DNA of 64,000 nucleotides from Chthoniobacterales bacterium (GTDB taxonomy: Bacteria; Verrucomicrobiota; Verrucomicrobiia; Chthoniobacterales; UBA6821), in the NCBI GenBank assembly GCA_036824855.1, contig DAISZK010000004.1, forward strand, positions 13,434 through 77,433, in the 5' to 3' direction. Under the pieces are notes generated by a model, which worked only from the letters and a program-made list of their open reading frames with translations, had not been told where the DNA came from and ran no database searches. A program made the translations under genes and the position numbers. This document shows positions 27,642 through 36,483 of this stretch, piece by piece (position 1 is the stretch's first letter; every line of letters starts with the position of its first letter).

Positions 27642-30338
27642 TTAGTGAGTTTCCAAAATTGGCTCGGGATCTTTTGTGACAGAGATAAGTGGCGTCGTGA
27701 TACCGGCACGCTTGAGGATCAGGTTGTTTTTTCCTGACCTTCCGGCGGAGATGAAGGCGGTGTCCTGCTGGCCGTTCCATGCAATGGAAAGCTGCGTGTG
27801 GGCGGGATTCCATGCGGTTTCAGGCAACACATCTCCCTGTCGATGAGGGAAGAAAAGCACTTTGAATCCGGGAGCAACCGAGTCACTTGGGATCACAAGA
27901 CGACGCATGGAGCCATATCTTTTGGCATCGGTTTGGTTTGGAAGGATCTCAACCCGGGGATCGCCCATCCCTGCGGCCTCAAGGACGCGCACCAGCAAGA
28001 CAGGTTGATTGGAGGGAATAATGGACCCCGGCGCCATGCTGCCGGGAATCGGTTCCTTCGGAGGCGTGGCCGACTGGTTTGGATCCGCTCCGGTAAGCAG
28101 GATGTCAGTTGTTCCATCCTTGTTTTTTGACACCGAGGCAATCTGGATGTCCCTTTCAAGGGTCATCACCCAGTCGTAATGGTGCTTGTCATCATCCTTG
28201 CGGATGTCATCCAAAGCGAGCATGTAAGGGTGGACGCCGCGAACAAGGCCCGCCGTGCGAAAAGCGGTCTGAACTGGATAATTAGGTTTCCTGACAATGG
28301 GTGTGAGCGCACCAGCCGGAAGGATCCAACTCGGCAGTTCGAAGAAGGGTGCCTTCACGTAGGCATACGGAAGCTTCGTGTAGGAAAAGTCGTTGATGGA
28401 ATGCATCTCAGGTTCCGTGCCGGGAGGAACAATGACCTTTTTGCCATCCACATCCTCCTTGGTGTAATATCCCCCTTTTTTCTCAAGACGATCCCACTGC
28501 CAGTCCCAGCAGTACTTGGCATCTCCGACGGCAAAGGTGGCGAGCGGTGCATCGACTAAGTCGACGAGACGCCCCGGGGTATTCACCGTTTGGGTTTTCC
28601 CGTCGATGTCGACCACGCTATTCTCCGAGGTCTTGAAGCTTGAATATCCATTGGGAGACCAGATTCGCCCTGCGCCCGCGATCATCAGGGCGTTGCGGTC
28701 GGCGAAGGGGTGTCCCCCGTTTGCCTGCCGGACGTGAAGGTTTAATTGCGCGGCATTCGTGTCCCAGCCGCTGCGGGTCATCATGAGCGCCCTCTCACCG
28801 CAGAAAAACGTGTTGCCGAGGGCAAGCTTGGTGACATCGCCGTTACCAGCGTCGAAATCGGTGCAGAATGAGGCAAAGAATAGGAGGGCGTTGAAGTAGC
28901 CGTCGGGCCGCGTCGGGACATTCTCGTAGTTCTCCCCGATTGACTGCCTGTAGACCCAGTCAATCACCTTGTCATTCGGGAACATGTATTTCAGACCAAG
29001 CATGTCGCAGGGGGTGAATCCGCCATTACCCGCTCGACTGCCGCCCAGAAGATCGTATTTGTGAAAACCGGTAAGCATCGCATTGATGCTGTGCGGAAGA
29101 AACTTTCTGGCGTAAGCCTGCAGGTAGGGATGACCGCAGAGATTGGTGAACCCGTATTTCTTCTCCCTGGCGGCGAAGAGCATCACGCCGTCCATTCCGA
29201 GCTGGTTCTTGGCCTCCCCCTCGAATGTTGCCCCGGAGAGGAACCAACCGTAGGTCAGTAGATCGCGCCAACCGCGGTACATGCCTCGTACTTTGAGTTC
29301 GTTGAATCCATCTTCCCCCTCGATCCCAAGCACCTCATAGAGCCAGTAACTGAAGGTGGCCCAATTACTGCGGGAAGTGGTGGCCTCGTTGAAGGTTCCG
29401 TAGTTGTCATGGGACCAGGTGCCTAAGGCAAGTTCATCATGGATTGACTTCTTCTGCGCATCCGTCAACCAGTTGAAGAGGAAGTCATAGCAGAAAGACA
29501 ATTGGAAGGCCCCGACCGGCTGATCGGGGGGAAGATCCACCCAAGACTTGTGTTTGGCCTCGGCCTCCGCCTTGGCGGCGGCCTGTTTGGCATCCCGCTG
29601 GGCCTGTCCGATCCGAAGATTAGTGATGACTGCGGCCGCAGCTTCCTTGGCTCCTTTCTCGTCATTGTCAATGAGGCACCGGAAGGCCTCCAGTGAAAGT
29701 GTGTTCCAATAATATTCGGGCACTGTCGTCGCCGTTCCATCAATCATCGATTTCCAAAGGGTCGCGGCATTATCGCTTTTGTTCCACTTGCTGCCATTGA
29801 CCGCAGATCTCCCAAGCGGTGCGCCGAGACGACACAATGGCACCCTGGCATGAAGACCCTGCCAGCCGCCCAGAGTCAGGTCTGGTTTGGCATAGTCCGA
29901 ATGATCATCATAGAGTCCCTTCATCACCTCGGTCCAGGAGAGGATGTTTTTCCATGCTTCCTGTCCGCAACGGGTCTGCTTAAGGCGACGACGCACGTCA
30001 GGCAGATCATCAGGTGTGAAGAAAATCCTGGGATGGACTCCCGGTGCGGCAGCCTGATTCAGGGGGCGTACGCCTGACTGGTCAAACGTCACTTCACGGG
30101 AGCCAAAGTCGAGCGGTTTCAGACTTCCCCAGAGAGGAAAGACAGTTTGACCCTTGTCGTTCTTGTAATTGCTGTAGGAATTGCAGGACTTGGGGGCGAA
30201 GGGAGAGTTCGCAACCTGTTGATCAAGGGATCCCGTATCTAGGTACTGCTGGCTGCCATGCGCGCGAGTATCGCAAAAGAGGAAGGCTACGCAGACGCCC
30301 ATGATGGCGGTCATTCTCAATCGGGGGGTGAATTTCAT
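27642..30338 (-). CDS. Secreted heparinase II/III-like protein, paralogue D (closest to paralogue A)
   Basis: 898-aa ORF. Motifs GVHPRIFFTPDDLPDVRRRLKQT, LHVRQANGGHPFADRNALMIAGAG, VHPYMLALDDIRKDDDKHHYDW and FKVLFFPHRQGDVLPETAW. A 21-nt string (28191-28211) is identical to 3973-3993 in paralogue A. Confidence 0.6.
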   Translation of the reverse strand: MKFTPRLRMTAIMGVCVAFLFCDTRAHGSQQYLDTGSLDQQVANSPFAPKSCNSYSNYKNDKGQTVFPLWGSLKPLDFGSREVTFDQSGVRPLNQAAAPGVHPRIFFTPDDLPDVRRRLKQTRCGQEAWKNILSWTEVMKGLYDDHSDYAKPDLTLGGWQGLHARVPLCRLGAPLGRSAVNGSKWNKSDNAATLWKSMIDGTATTVPEYYWNTLSLEAFRCLIDNDEKGAKEAAAAVITNLRIGQAQRDAKQAAAKAEAEAKHKSWVDLPPDQPVGAFQLSFCYDFLFNWLTDAQKKSIHDELALGTWSHDNYGTFNEATTSRSNWATFSYWLYEVLGIEGEDGFNELKVRGMYRGWRDLLTYGWFLSGATFEGEAKNQLGMDGVMLFAAREKKYGFTNLCGHPYLQAYARKFLPHSINAMLTGFHKYDLLGGSRAGNGGFTPCDMLGLKYMFPNDKVIDWVYRQSIGENYENVPTRPDGYFNALLFFASFCTDFDAGNGDVTKLALGNTFFCGERALMMTRSGWDTNAAQLNLHVRQANGGHPFADRNALMIAGAGRIWSPNGYSSFKTSENSVVDIDGKTQTVNTPGRLVDLVDAPLATFAVGDAKYCWDWQWDRLEKKGGYYTKEDVDGKKVIVPPGTEPEMHSINDFSYTKLPYAYVKAPFFELPSWILPAGALTPIVRKPNYPVQTAFRTAGLVRGVHPYMLALDDIRKDDDKHHYDWVMTLERDIQIASVSKNKDGTTDILLTGADPNQSATPPKEPIPGSMAPGSIIPSNQPVLLVRVLEAAGMGDPRVEILPNQTDAKRYGSMRRLVIPSDSVAPGFKVLFFPHRQGDVLPETAWNPAHTQLSIAWNGQQDTAFISAGRSGKNNLILKRAGITTPLISVTKDPEPILETH

Positions 30339-30530
30339 GCCGGATAAAGTAGCTGATCAAACTGCTTCAGGATTTGTAGATAAGTTCCCCTCTTTCTTAA
30401 ATAAAGAACCCGAAAGTTAACGAATTCAAACTGAGGATTAATTTCACAGCATCGAACGTACAAGAGGCGGAAAGGTACGCGGAGAAGAGAAGAAACTTTT
30501 TCATGATCTGGGGAGTGCTATGCTTCCATA

Positions 30531-30590
30531 ATTGAAGTTCCCAGCAAGCCTTTTCAATGAACTTCAATATTGATTGAAACTTATTGAATA
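30531..30590. promoter_or_regulatory. Array of five ATTGAA/TTCAAT hexamers in an AT-rich divergent promoter region (candidate operator cluster)
   Basis: Read directly: ATTGAA 30531-36, TTCAAT 30553-58, TTCAAT 30563-68, ATTGAA 30573-78, ATTGAA 30583-88. It includes the 9-bp inverted repeat ATTGAAGTT/AACTTCAAT and the unit TTCAAT-ATTG-ATTGAA. It lies 31-90 nt upstream of the second LacI gene and about 200-250 nt upstream of the divergent 898-aa gene. Confidence 0.3.
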
Positions 30591-30620
30591 GATTCGGATC
30601 ATACATTTTTCTCCTACCCG

Positions 30621-31598
30621 ATGCTCTCCGAGTCAAAAAAAAACAAACATTCCAATCCGACGCTTGCTGATATCGCCCAGCAGGCAGGATGTTCCGTAGG
30701 CACTGTCTCCGGAATCCTTAACCGCAAGGGTTCCCACGCACCGGCCATGATCGCAAGAGTCATGGAAGCTGTCAGGCAAACCGGATTCATCCCGAGAAAA
30801 CAAATCAGCATCGAAACCACTCAGGCTGGCAGCCAGTTCGCATTGTTTTTTCCGGAGGATGATGCTCCGGGAGCCGCCCGCTCCACATTTTTGGGAATCT
30901 CCATGACGCGTGGGGCTGAGGAGGTGCTGGCCGCATCCCGGCACCATCTTCTCACAGCGGAATCACGATCAGATGGTTCGGTGCCTGCGCTTATCACCAA
31001 GGGGCAGGTGGAAGGCGTCATCCTCCGATCTGCAATCTATCCTAAGACATTCTTGGATTCTCTCAAAGGTCTCCCAGTTGTCTGGGCTTTCGGCATCCAC
31101 ACGCCCCCCCTGCACATGGACATCGTTTCCGTGGACAACGTGCGTCTCGGAATTCTGGCGGCGGATCGTTTTGCAGAGGCTGGAATGGAAAAGGTGTCTC
31201 TTATTCATCGACAGACCGAAAACAACCTAGAAGTCCTTATCAGGATTGTCTCCTGCGAGCATGCATTGCAACAACGCGGCATCCACACTGCACGAACTAC
31301 GTTGGAAACATTGAAAAAAAGCCCCGTTGTCAAAAAAAACGAGGGCTTGTTCATCCCCGGGCATGATGCGGATTTTCTGAAATTATGTGATTTTCTGAAA
31401 TCGAAAGAGTTATTCGAAAAAACAATGCATCTGGGAACGGTTGCGGATCATAAGACGGTACTCACCACCCACCCAACTGCTCGCTTGATAAGAATCGATC
31501 CCGAGGCCGTAGGCAGGGCCGCCGCCAACCAACTTTTATGGAGATTACAAAATCTTCACTCTCCTCCGCAGACTGTTTTGGTCCGAGCGGTGGGTTGA
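30621..31598 (+). CDS. LacI family transcriptional regulator
   Basis: 325-aa ORF. HTH NPTLADIAQQAGCSVGTVSGILNRKGSHAPAMIARVMEAVRQTGFIP plus a sugar-binding-type effector domain. 15 nt upstream of GH43. Confidence 0.8.
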   Translation: MLSESKKNKHSNPTLADIAQQAGCSVGTVSGILNRKGSHAPAMIARVMEAVRQTGFIPRKQISIETTQAGSQFALFFPEDDAPGAARSTFLGISMTRGAEEVLAASRHHLLTAESRSDGSVPALITKGQVEGVILRSAIYPKTFLDSLKGLPVVWAFGIHTPPLHMDIVSVDNVRLGILAADRFAEAGMEKVSLIHRQTENNLEVLIRIVSCEHALQQRGIHTARTTLETLKKSPVVKKNEGLFIPGHDADFLKLCDFLKSKELFEKTMHLGTVADHKTVLTTHPTARLIRIDPEAVGRAAANQLLWRLQNLHSPPQTVLVRAVG

Positions 31599-31613
31599 AT
31601 CTGATTTCTCGAT

Positions 31614-33497
31614 ATGGTTCATTCGGACAATCTCGATGGCACCTTCACTAATCCCCTGATCTGGTCGGACTATCCTGATCCCGATATCATCCGTGTCGGT
31701 GAGGACTTTTACATGGTTAGTTCCTCGTTCACGGATGCACCGGGCATCCCGATCTGTAATTCGCGCGATTTAGTAAACTGGCAGGTGATCGGTCATGTTT
31801 ATGATCGCCTCCCCGTATCCAATCCCGCCTACTCCATGCAGGAGGGTCGAGTCGCCTACCGTGGCGGGAGTTGGGCGCCATCCATCCGTCATTATCAAGG
31901 GAAGTTTTATGTCTGCTTTTGCACACCAGCCGAGGGATTCTTTATGGCGATCGCGAATCAGCCCCAGGGTCCCTACGAACTGATACCCTTTGGCGTTGAG
32001 TTCTACGATCCGGGCCTCTTTTTTGATGACGATGGACGCGTCTTTGTGGCCCATGGCGCCAATACGATTCTGATAACGGAACTTACGCAGGATGGCAGGG
32101 CCATCAAGGTGCCTGCACGCACTGTCTACCAGACAGCCTTCGGGACGCCGCTGGAGGGATCCCATCTCCACAAACGCGACGGATGGTACTATCTCTGTTG
32201 TACCTGCCGAGCTTACAACGGCATCGAGGTCTGCCTCCGCTCTCGCGACTTTTATGGCCCCTACGAGGCCCGACTCATCTCCGCGGATGATGCCAACTAC
32301 GAGGGTGCCGGCGTCCATCAGGGCGGCTTTGTTGACCTTGAGAATGGCGAGAGCTGGTTCTTCATGTTCCAAGACCGTGACTTCCTCGGACGCGTTCCCG
32401 TCCTCTATCAGGTTCACTGGCGGGACGGATGGCCCCTGATTGGAGATCCCGAGAATCACTGGCGCCTGCCCGTCACACAGCAGAAGCCAGAACTTCCCTC
32501 ATGCACGGCCCAAGTTCCCTCTGGAAGCGATGACTTCGATGAAGAAAAACTCGGCCTTCAGTGGCACTGGAATCACAATCCCGACGACTCCCGCTGGTCG
32601 TTGACCGCACGTCCCGGTCACCTACGACTGATCAGTTCGCCGGCATCGGATCTCCTCCATGCCCGAAATACACTGACCCAGAAAATCGTCGGTCCCTCGT
32701 CCATCGCGACCACCTTACTTGACTGGTCGGCCCTGCAAGAGGGTGACATCGCCGGGATCTGCATCCAAAATATTCCATGCGCCCACCTTGGTTTGGAGAT
32801 CAGGAATGGAAAACCGTACCTCGTTATGGATCGGAATGGGGAGGAATGCAAGGTGCAGCCGTTAGACTCTGCTTCTCCGTCACTCCAGCTACGCGTCGAG
32901 GCAGCTCCCTCGGGAGAAGCCCTTTTCTCATGGAGTGCGAATGGTTCTGCATTTCATTCGATCGGCAAACCCTTCGTCATGGAGTTCACGGTGAAGACAT
33001 TCCTTGGCAACAAGTTCGGCCTCTTCTGCTTTAACAAACAAGGCACTGGGGGTGGCCACGCCGACTTTGATTGGATTCGGATTCCTGCAGCCACTCCCTC
33101 GAATCACTTCCATGCCAACGATTGGATCCCGGCCTGCCGCTATGATCTCGAACGCGGCGTGGATACCAGTCGCATCGAAGCCAAGCGACCCGACCAACTC
33201 CTGATACGACTCTCCGAGGGAGACTTCGTGCGTTTCAATAACGTGAGTTTCTTCGAGGGCATCTCACGGATAGAAGCCAGAGTCCGAGGGCCGGGGTGCG
33301 GCGGCACCATCACCTTCCATCAGGGCAGTGAAGAGCGACTAATCGGTATGATGGAGATTCCACCTGAAACTTCTTGGGATCAGGAGCATCTCCTCACCTG
33401 CCCTGCCACCAGCGCCTCAGGCACACATCCCCTCACCCTTCGCTTCCATTGCGTGAAGGAAGGACTGATCCGACTAAAGGAATTTCGCCTTGTTTAG
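31614..33497 (+). CDS. GH43 beta-xylosidase/alpha-L-arabinofuranosidase with ConA-like and CBM6-like C-terminal domains; no signal peptide seen
   Basis: 627-aa ORF. GH43 catalytic motifs NPLIWSDYPDPDIIRVGEDFYMVSSSF, SWAPSIRHYQGKFYV and LEGSHLHKRDGWYYL. XynB-type C-terminal domain DDFDEEKLGLQWHWNHNPDDSRWSLTARPGHLRL. Terminal about 130 aa are CBM6/35-like. Confidence 0.9.
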   Translation: MVHSDNLDGTFTNPLIWSDYPDPDIIRVGEDFYMVSSSFTDAPGIPICNSRDLVNWQVIGHVYDRLPVSNPAYSMQEGRVAYRGGSWAPSIRHYQGKFYVCFCTPAEGFFMAIANQPQGPYELIPFGVEFYDPGLFFDDDGRVFVAHGANTILITELTQDGRAIKVPARTVYQTAFGTPLEGSHLHKRDGWYYLCCTCRAYNGIEVCLRSRDFYGPYEARLISADDANYEGAGVHQGGFVDLENGESWFFMFQDRDFLGRVPVLYQVHWRDGWPLIGDPENHWRLPVTQQKPELPSCTAQVPSGSDDFDEEKLGLQWHWNHNPDDSRWSLTARPGHLRLISSPASDLLHARNTLTQKIVGPSSIATTLLDWSALQEGDIAGICIQNIPCAHLGLEIRNGKPYLVMDRNGEECKVQPLDSASPSLQLRVEAAPSGEALFSWSANGSAFHSIGKPFVMEFTVKTFLGNKFGLFCFNKQGTGGGHADFDWIRIPAATPSNHFHANDWIPACRYDLERGVDTSRIEAKRPDQLLIRLSEGDFVRFNNVSFFEGISRIEARVRGPGCGGTITFHQGSEERLIGMMEIPPETSWDQEHLLTCPATSASGTHPLTLRFHCVKEGLIRLKEFRLV

Positions 33498-33555
33498 GAA
33501 TTTGAATTCAGCCCGCGGTTGAAGTTCAGACCATTCAATACTCGCATGCTATAGA

Positions 33556-36435
33556 TCACGGCACTGATGGCCTGCGAGGCGCATCTTTTACAGGAAGAGA
33601 CAAAACGGCTGGTCGAAGTCCCTGGCCCGAAGCAATGAGCTCAATCGTACCTGCCCCCCCGGTTGACTGGACAATGACGAGTGCCTTGCCGTTGAAAAGA
33701 TGTCGGGTCGGTTCAATATCCGACTCGTGGGAACTCGGGTCGCCATTGCCCACCCCAAGGATCTTTCCCGGTCCCTTGATTGCAAATGAGATGCCGTTGG
33801 TTGCGGTGGGAACGAAACGCCCTTTTTCATCCAGAGAGTCAACAGCGATGAGGCTCGTCTCCTCACCGTCTCCCTTCAATTCCTGACAATTGGCATGAAG
33901 GCGGATCTGCAAGGGTTCGCCGGTGGTCTCAATCTTCTCGCTTACAAGGAACTTCCCGTTTTTGTAGCCCTTGGCCTCGATTGATCCCGGCACGTAGGGA
34001 ATGTGATCCCATTCAGCATGGGAATTTTGTTGCACTTTTACTCTACCATGGGAGACCCCATTGACAAAGAGCTCCACTTCATCGCAATTACTCTCTACCC
34101 AAAGATCAATCGGAGCTTCTGAGACCGAAACTGTCACGGAGTCTTTCGGGGCGACGACTGCATTGGTTGAAGCAGCTGAGGTCAGGGCCGAATCAGGATG
34201 CGTGGGATCATATTGAGGAACTGCCGCAGTTCCGCTGAGCTCCGGTTTTACGGTTACCGGATCCAGATCCACCGTGATGGAATTCGTTCCGTTGACAGCA
34301 ATGGTTTTTGAAGCCACCAGTGTGTTGCCCTGATAAGCCTTCACGATCAATTCCCCTGATTGGTACAGAAAGGGGGGCCACTCCGTTCCCTCCGGCGAGA
34401 GCGTGCTCTTTCCCTTGTTCCTCACGCCGTTAAAAGTCACTTCTGCCTTTTCAGAGTTGCCCGAGACCTTGACTCGGATTGTCCGGTGTTCAACGCGGTC
34501 CCAATTCCAATGAGGGTAAAGATGGAGCAGGGGTTCGGGCGTCCACCATGCCTTGTAGTAATAATAAATATCCTTGGGAAATACGCAGGTGTCGACGATA
34601 CCGAAATGAGAGCTGACATTGGGCCATTTGTAAGGAGTCGGTTCCCCGCGATAATCGAAACCGGTCCAAGCAAAGGCTCCGCCGACCCAAGGTCGGGTCT
34701 GGTAAAACCTCCACCATTCCTCGGCCGAGGCGCCCCACCCCGGGGTGTTTGCATGGGAATCGTAGGATGATTTGTAGGCGCGGGCAAAGTCGTCGAAATA
34801 CTCGCCGCGAGTCGTCACCGTGCTTGCCTCCTCGGAACCGATGAAGCGTCTCTCGGGATGCTCGGCGTGGAACTTGTCCATCGCTCCCCAAAGGCCGAGG
34901 TAGTTCATGCCGACGACATCGACCACGGTCACAAAACCCTTTTTGTCCTCGGCGTGATTCTGGGCGATGGTGCAGAGGCGGGAGGGGTCGAGTTTGTGTG
35001 CCAGATCCTGCGTCACCTTGATGATATCCGCCCCAGTTTGGGTTCCCTGGATCTTCATCTCTTCGTTGCCGAGCGACCAGATCACGATGCTTGGATGGTT
35101 CCTGTCGCGACGGATCATCGTCTCCAGATCGGAGAGTGGTTCGGGGTACTTGCCAAAGCGCCGTGTCTCATCCATGACCATCATTCCCTGACGGTCACAC
35201 TCGTCGAGCAGCTCGGTATTAGGGGGGTTATGAGACATCCTCCACCCGTCGGCCCCCATCTCACGCATGATCGCGACACGATCTTTCTCGATGCTATCGG
35301 GAACTGCTACCCCAACCCCGGCGAAATCCTGGTGATTGCAAACCCCCTTGATGAATCGGTGCTGGCCGTTAAGGCTGAATCCTTTCTGGGGATCAAAGGT
35401 CACGGTCCGGATCCCGAAGGGAGTCTCGTAGAGATCTGAGACCACCCCATTCGTCTCGATACGTGAGATCGCCTTGTAGAGCGTTGGAGACTCGGGTGAC
35501 CAGAGCTTGGAATCTGCGACCTGAAGGTTCTGGGTGACTACCAGATGCTGGCCCGATGCTGTCTGGAAGGGCGCGGCCGTCTTGGCGACTTCGTTGCCTG
35601 TGTCATCCAGGATCTTCGTGACCAAGGTTCCCGAGGCTTCCTTGTCTCCGTTATTCTCCAAGGTGGTCTCGACCGTCAACGTTGCATCCTTGCCTGAGAG
35701 AACACTGGTCACATAGGTCCCCCACTGGGCCACATGAAGGGGTGATGTCTTTTGGAGCCAGACGTGCCGGTAGATTCCGGCTCCCTCGTAGAACCATCCC
35801 TCGTTCGCAGAGGCATCGGTGCGAACGACCAGTGTGTTCTTTCCACCGAAACGTGCATACGGAGTGAGGTCGTAGACGAAGCTGGTGTAGCCGCTTGGCT
35901 TACGACCCAGACAATGTCCGTTGAACCAGACAATGGAGTTGCGGTAGGCACCGTCAAACTGCACCGTGATTTTTTTTCCCTGATCGGCGGATGGAAGTTC
36001 GAAGGTTCTCCGGTACCAACCGATAGCGGATCCATCCTTGGCATCGAGATGGCGGCTTCCCTTTCCATTGTTATCCTTCTCCCCGAAAGATTGCTCAATT
36101 GCGTAGTCGTGAGGCAGATTCAATATCCGCCAAGCGCTGTCATCAAATTCGGGTTTTACAAAAGCCAGTCCGGCACCAGTGTTTTCCTTCATCACATCCG
36201 GCAAGTTCTTACGCATTGAAGTGTCCTTGGCCTCGGAATCTTCGCCTTGCTTCATAAGATCGCTCTCCTTGCCAAGAAAGTCGAGAGTCTGACCGACATC
36301 AACAGGATCGCCCTGATAGAAGCGCCAATCCGAATCCATCAGTAGTTTTTGACGGGGAGACTCGGCTGGATCCGCAACCAGTATACCGATGACCATTGAT
36401 GAAAAGATTGTAAAAAGAAGATTCTGTTTGTTCAT
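33556..36435 (-). CDS. GH2 beta-galactosidase-like glycosidase, secreted
   Basis: GH2 motifs WRILNLPHDYAIEQ, WFNGHCLGRKPSGYTSF, RDRNHPSIVIWSLGNEE (acid/base Glu) and FIGSEEAST, plus C-terminal Ig-like domains. I prefer ATG 36435 (MNKQNLLFTIFSSMVIGILVA). The track start at 36465 is GTG. Confidence 0.85.
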   Translation of the reverse strand: MNKQNLLFTIFSSMVIGILVADPAESPRQKLLMDSDWRFYQGDPVDVGQTLDFLGKESDLMKQGEDSEAKDTSMRKNLPDVMKENTGAGLAFVKPEFDDSAWRILNLPHDYAIEQSFGEKDNNGKGSRHLDAKDGSAIGWYRRTFELPSADQGKKITVQFDGAYRNSIVWFNGHCLGRKPSGYTSFVYDLTPYARFGGKNTLVVRTDASANEGWFYEGAGIYRHVWLQKTSPLHVAQWGTYVTSVLSGKDATLTVETTLENNGDKEASGTLVTKILDDTGNEVAKTAAPFQTASGQHLVVTQNLQVADSKLWSPESPTLYKAISRIETNGVVSDLYETPFGIRTVTFDPQKGFSLNGQHRFIKGVCNHQDFAGVGVAVPDSIEKDRVAIMREMGADGWRMSHNPPNTELLDECDRQGMMVMDETRRFGKYPEPLSDLETMIRRDRNHPSIVIWSLGNEEMKIQGTQTGADIIKVTQDLAHKLDPSRLCTIAQNHAEDKKGFVTVVDVVGMNYLGLWGAMDKFHAEHPERRFIGSEEASTVTTRGEYFDDFARAYKSSYDSHANTPGWGASAEEWWRFYQTRPWVGGAFAWTGFDYRGEPTPYKWPNVSSHFGIVDTCVFPKDIYYYYKAWWTPEPLLHLYPHWNWDRVEHRTIRVKVSGNSEKAEVTFNGVRNKGKSTLSPEGTEWPPFLYQSGELIVKAYQGNTLVASKTIAVNGTNSITVDLDPVTVKPELSGTAAVPQYDPTHPDSALTSAASTNAVVAPKDSVTVSVSEAPIDLWVESNCDEVELFVNGVSHGRVKVQQNSHAEWDHIPYVPGSIEAKGYKNGKFLVSEKIETTGEPLQIRLHANCQELKGDGEETSLIAVDSLDEKGRFVPTATNGISFAIKGPGKILGVGNGDPSSHESDIEPTRHLFNGKALVIVQSTGGAGTIELIASGQGLRPAVLSLPVKDAPRRPSVP

Positions 36436-36483
36436 GGTTAGTTTGAAAAAATCATGCATGGACACCTGTCGTGTGGATTCGCT

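Noticed and set aside
30397-30636. 79-aa minus-strand ORF in the divergent promoter region, containing an internal MKKFLLFSAYLSASC... lipoprotein-like start at 30504
   Set aside because: It lies in the AT-rich regulatory gap and overlaps the LacI start. The plausible version is only 35 aa, with an imperfect lipobox and no visible ribosome-binding site or homology. It is more likely chance. Only a ribosome-profiling signal would change this.
33503-33529. Imperfect hairpin TGAATTCA-GCCCGCGGT-TGAAGTTCA between convergent GH43 and GH2, considered as a bidirectional terminator
   Set aside because: The stem is AT-rich with a bulge, and there is no flanking T/A tract on either strand. That is not enough for a terminator call. 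The words are mentioned instead under the ATTGAA-array finding.
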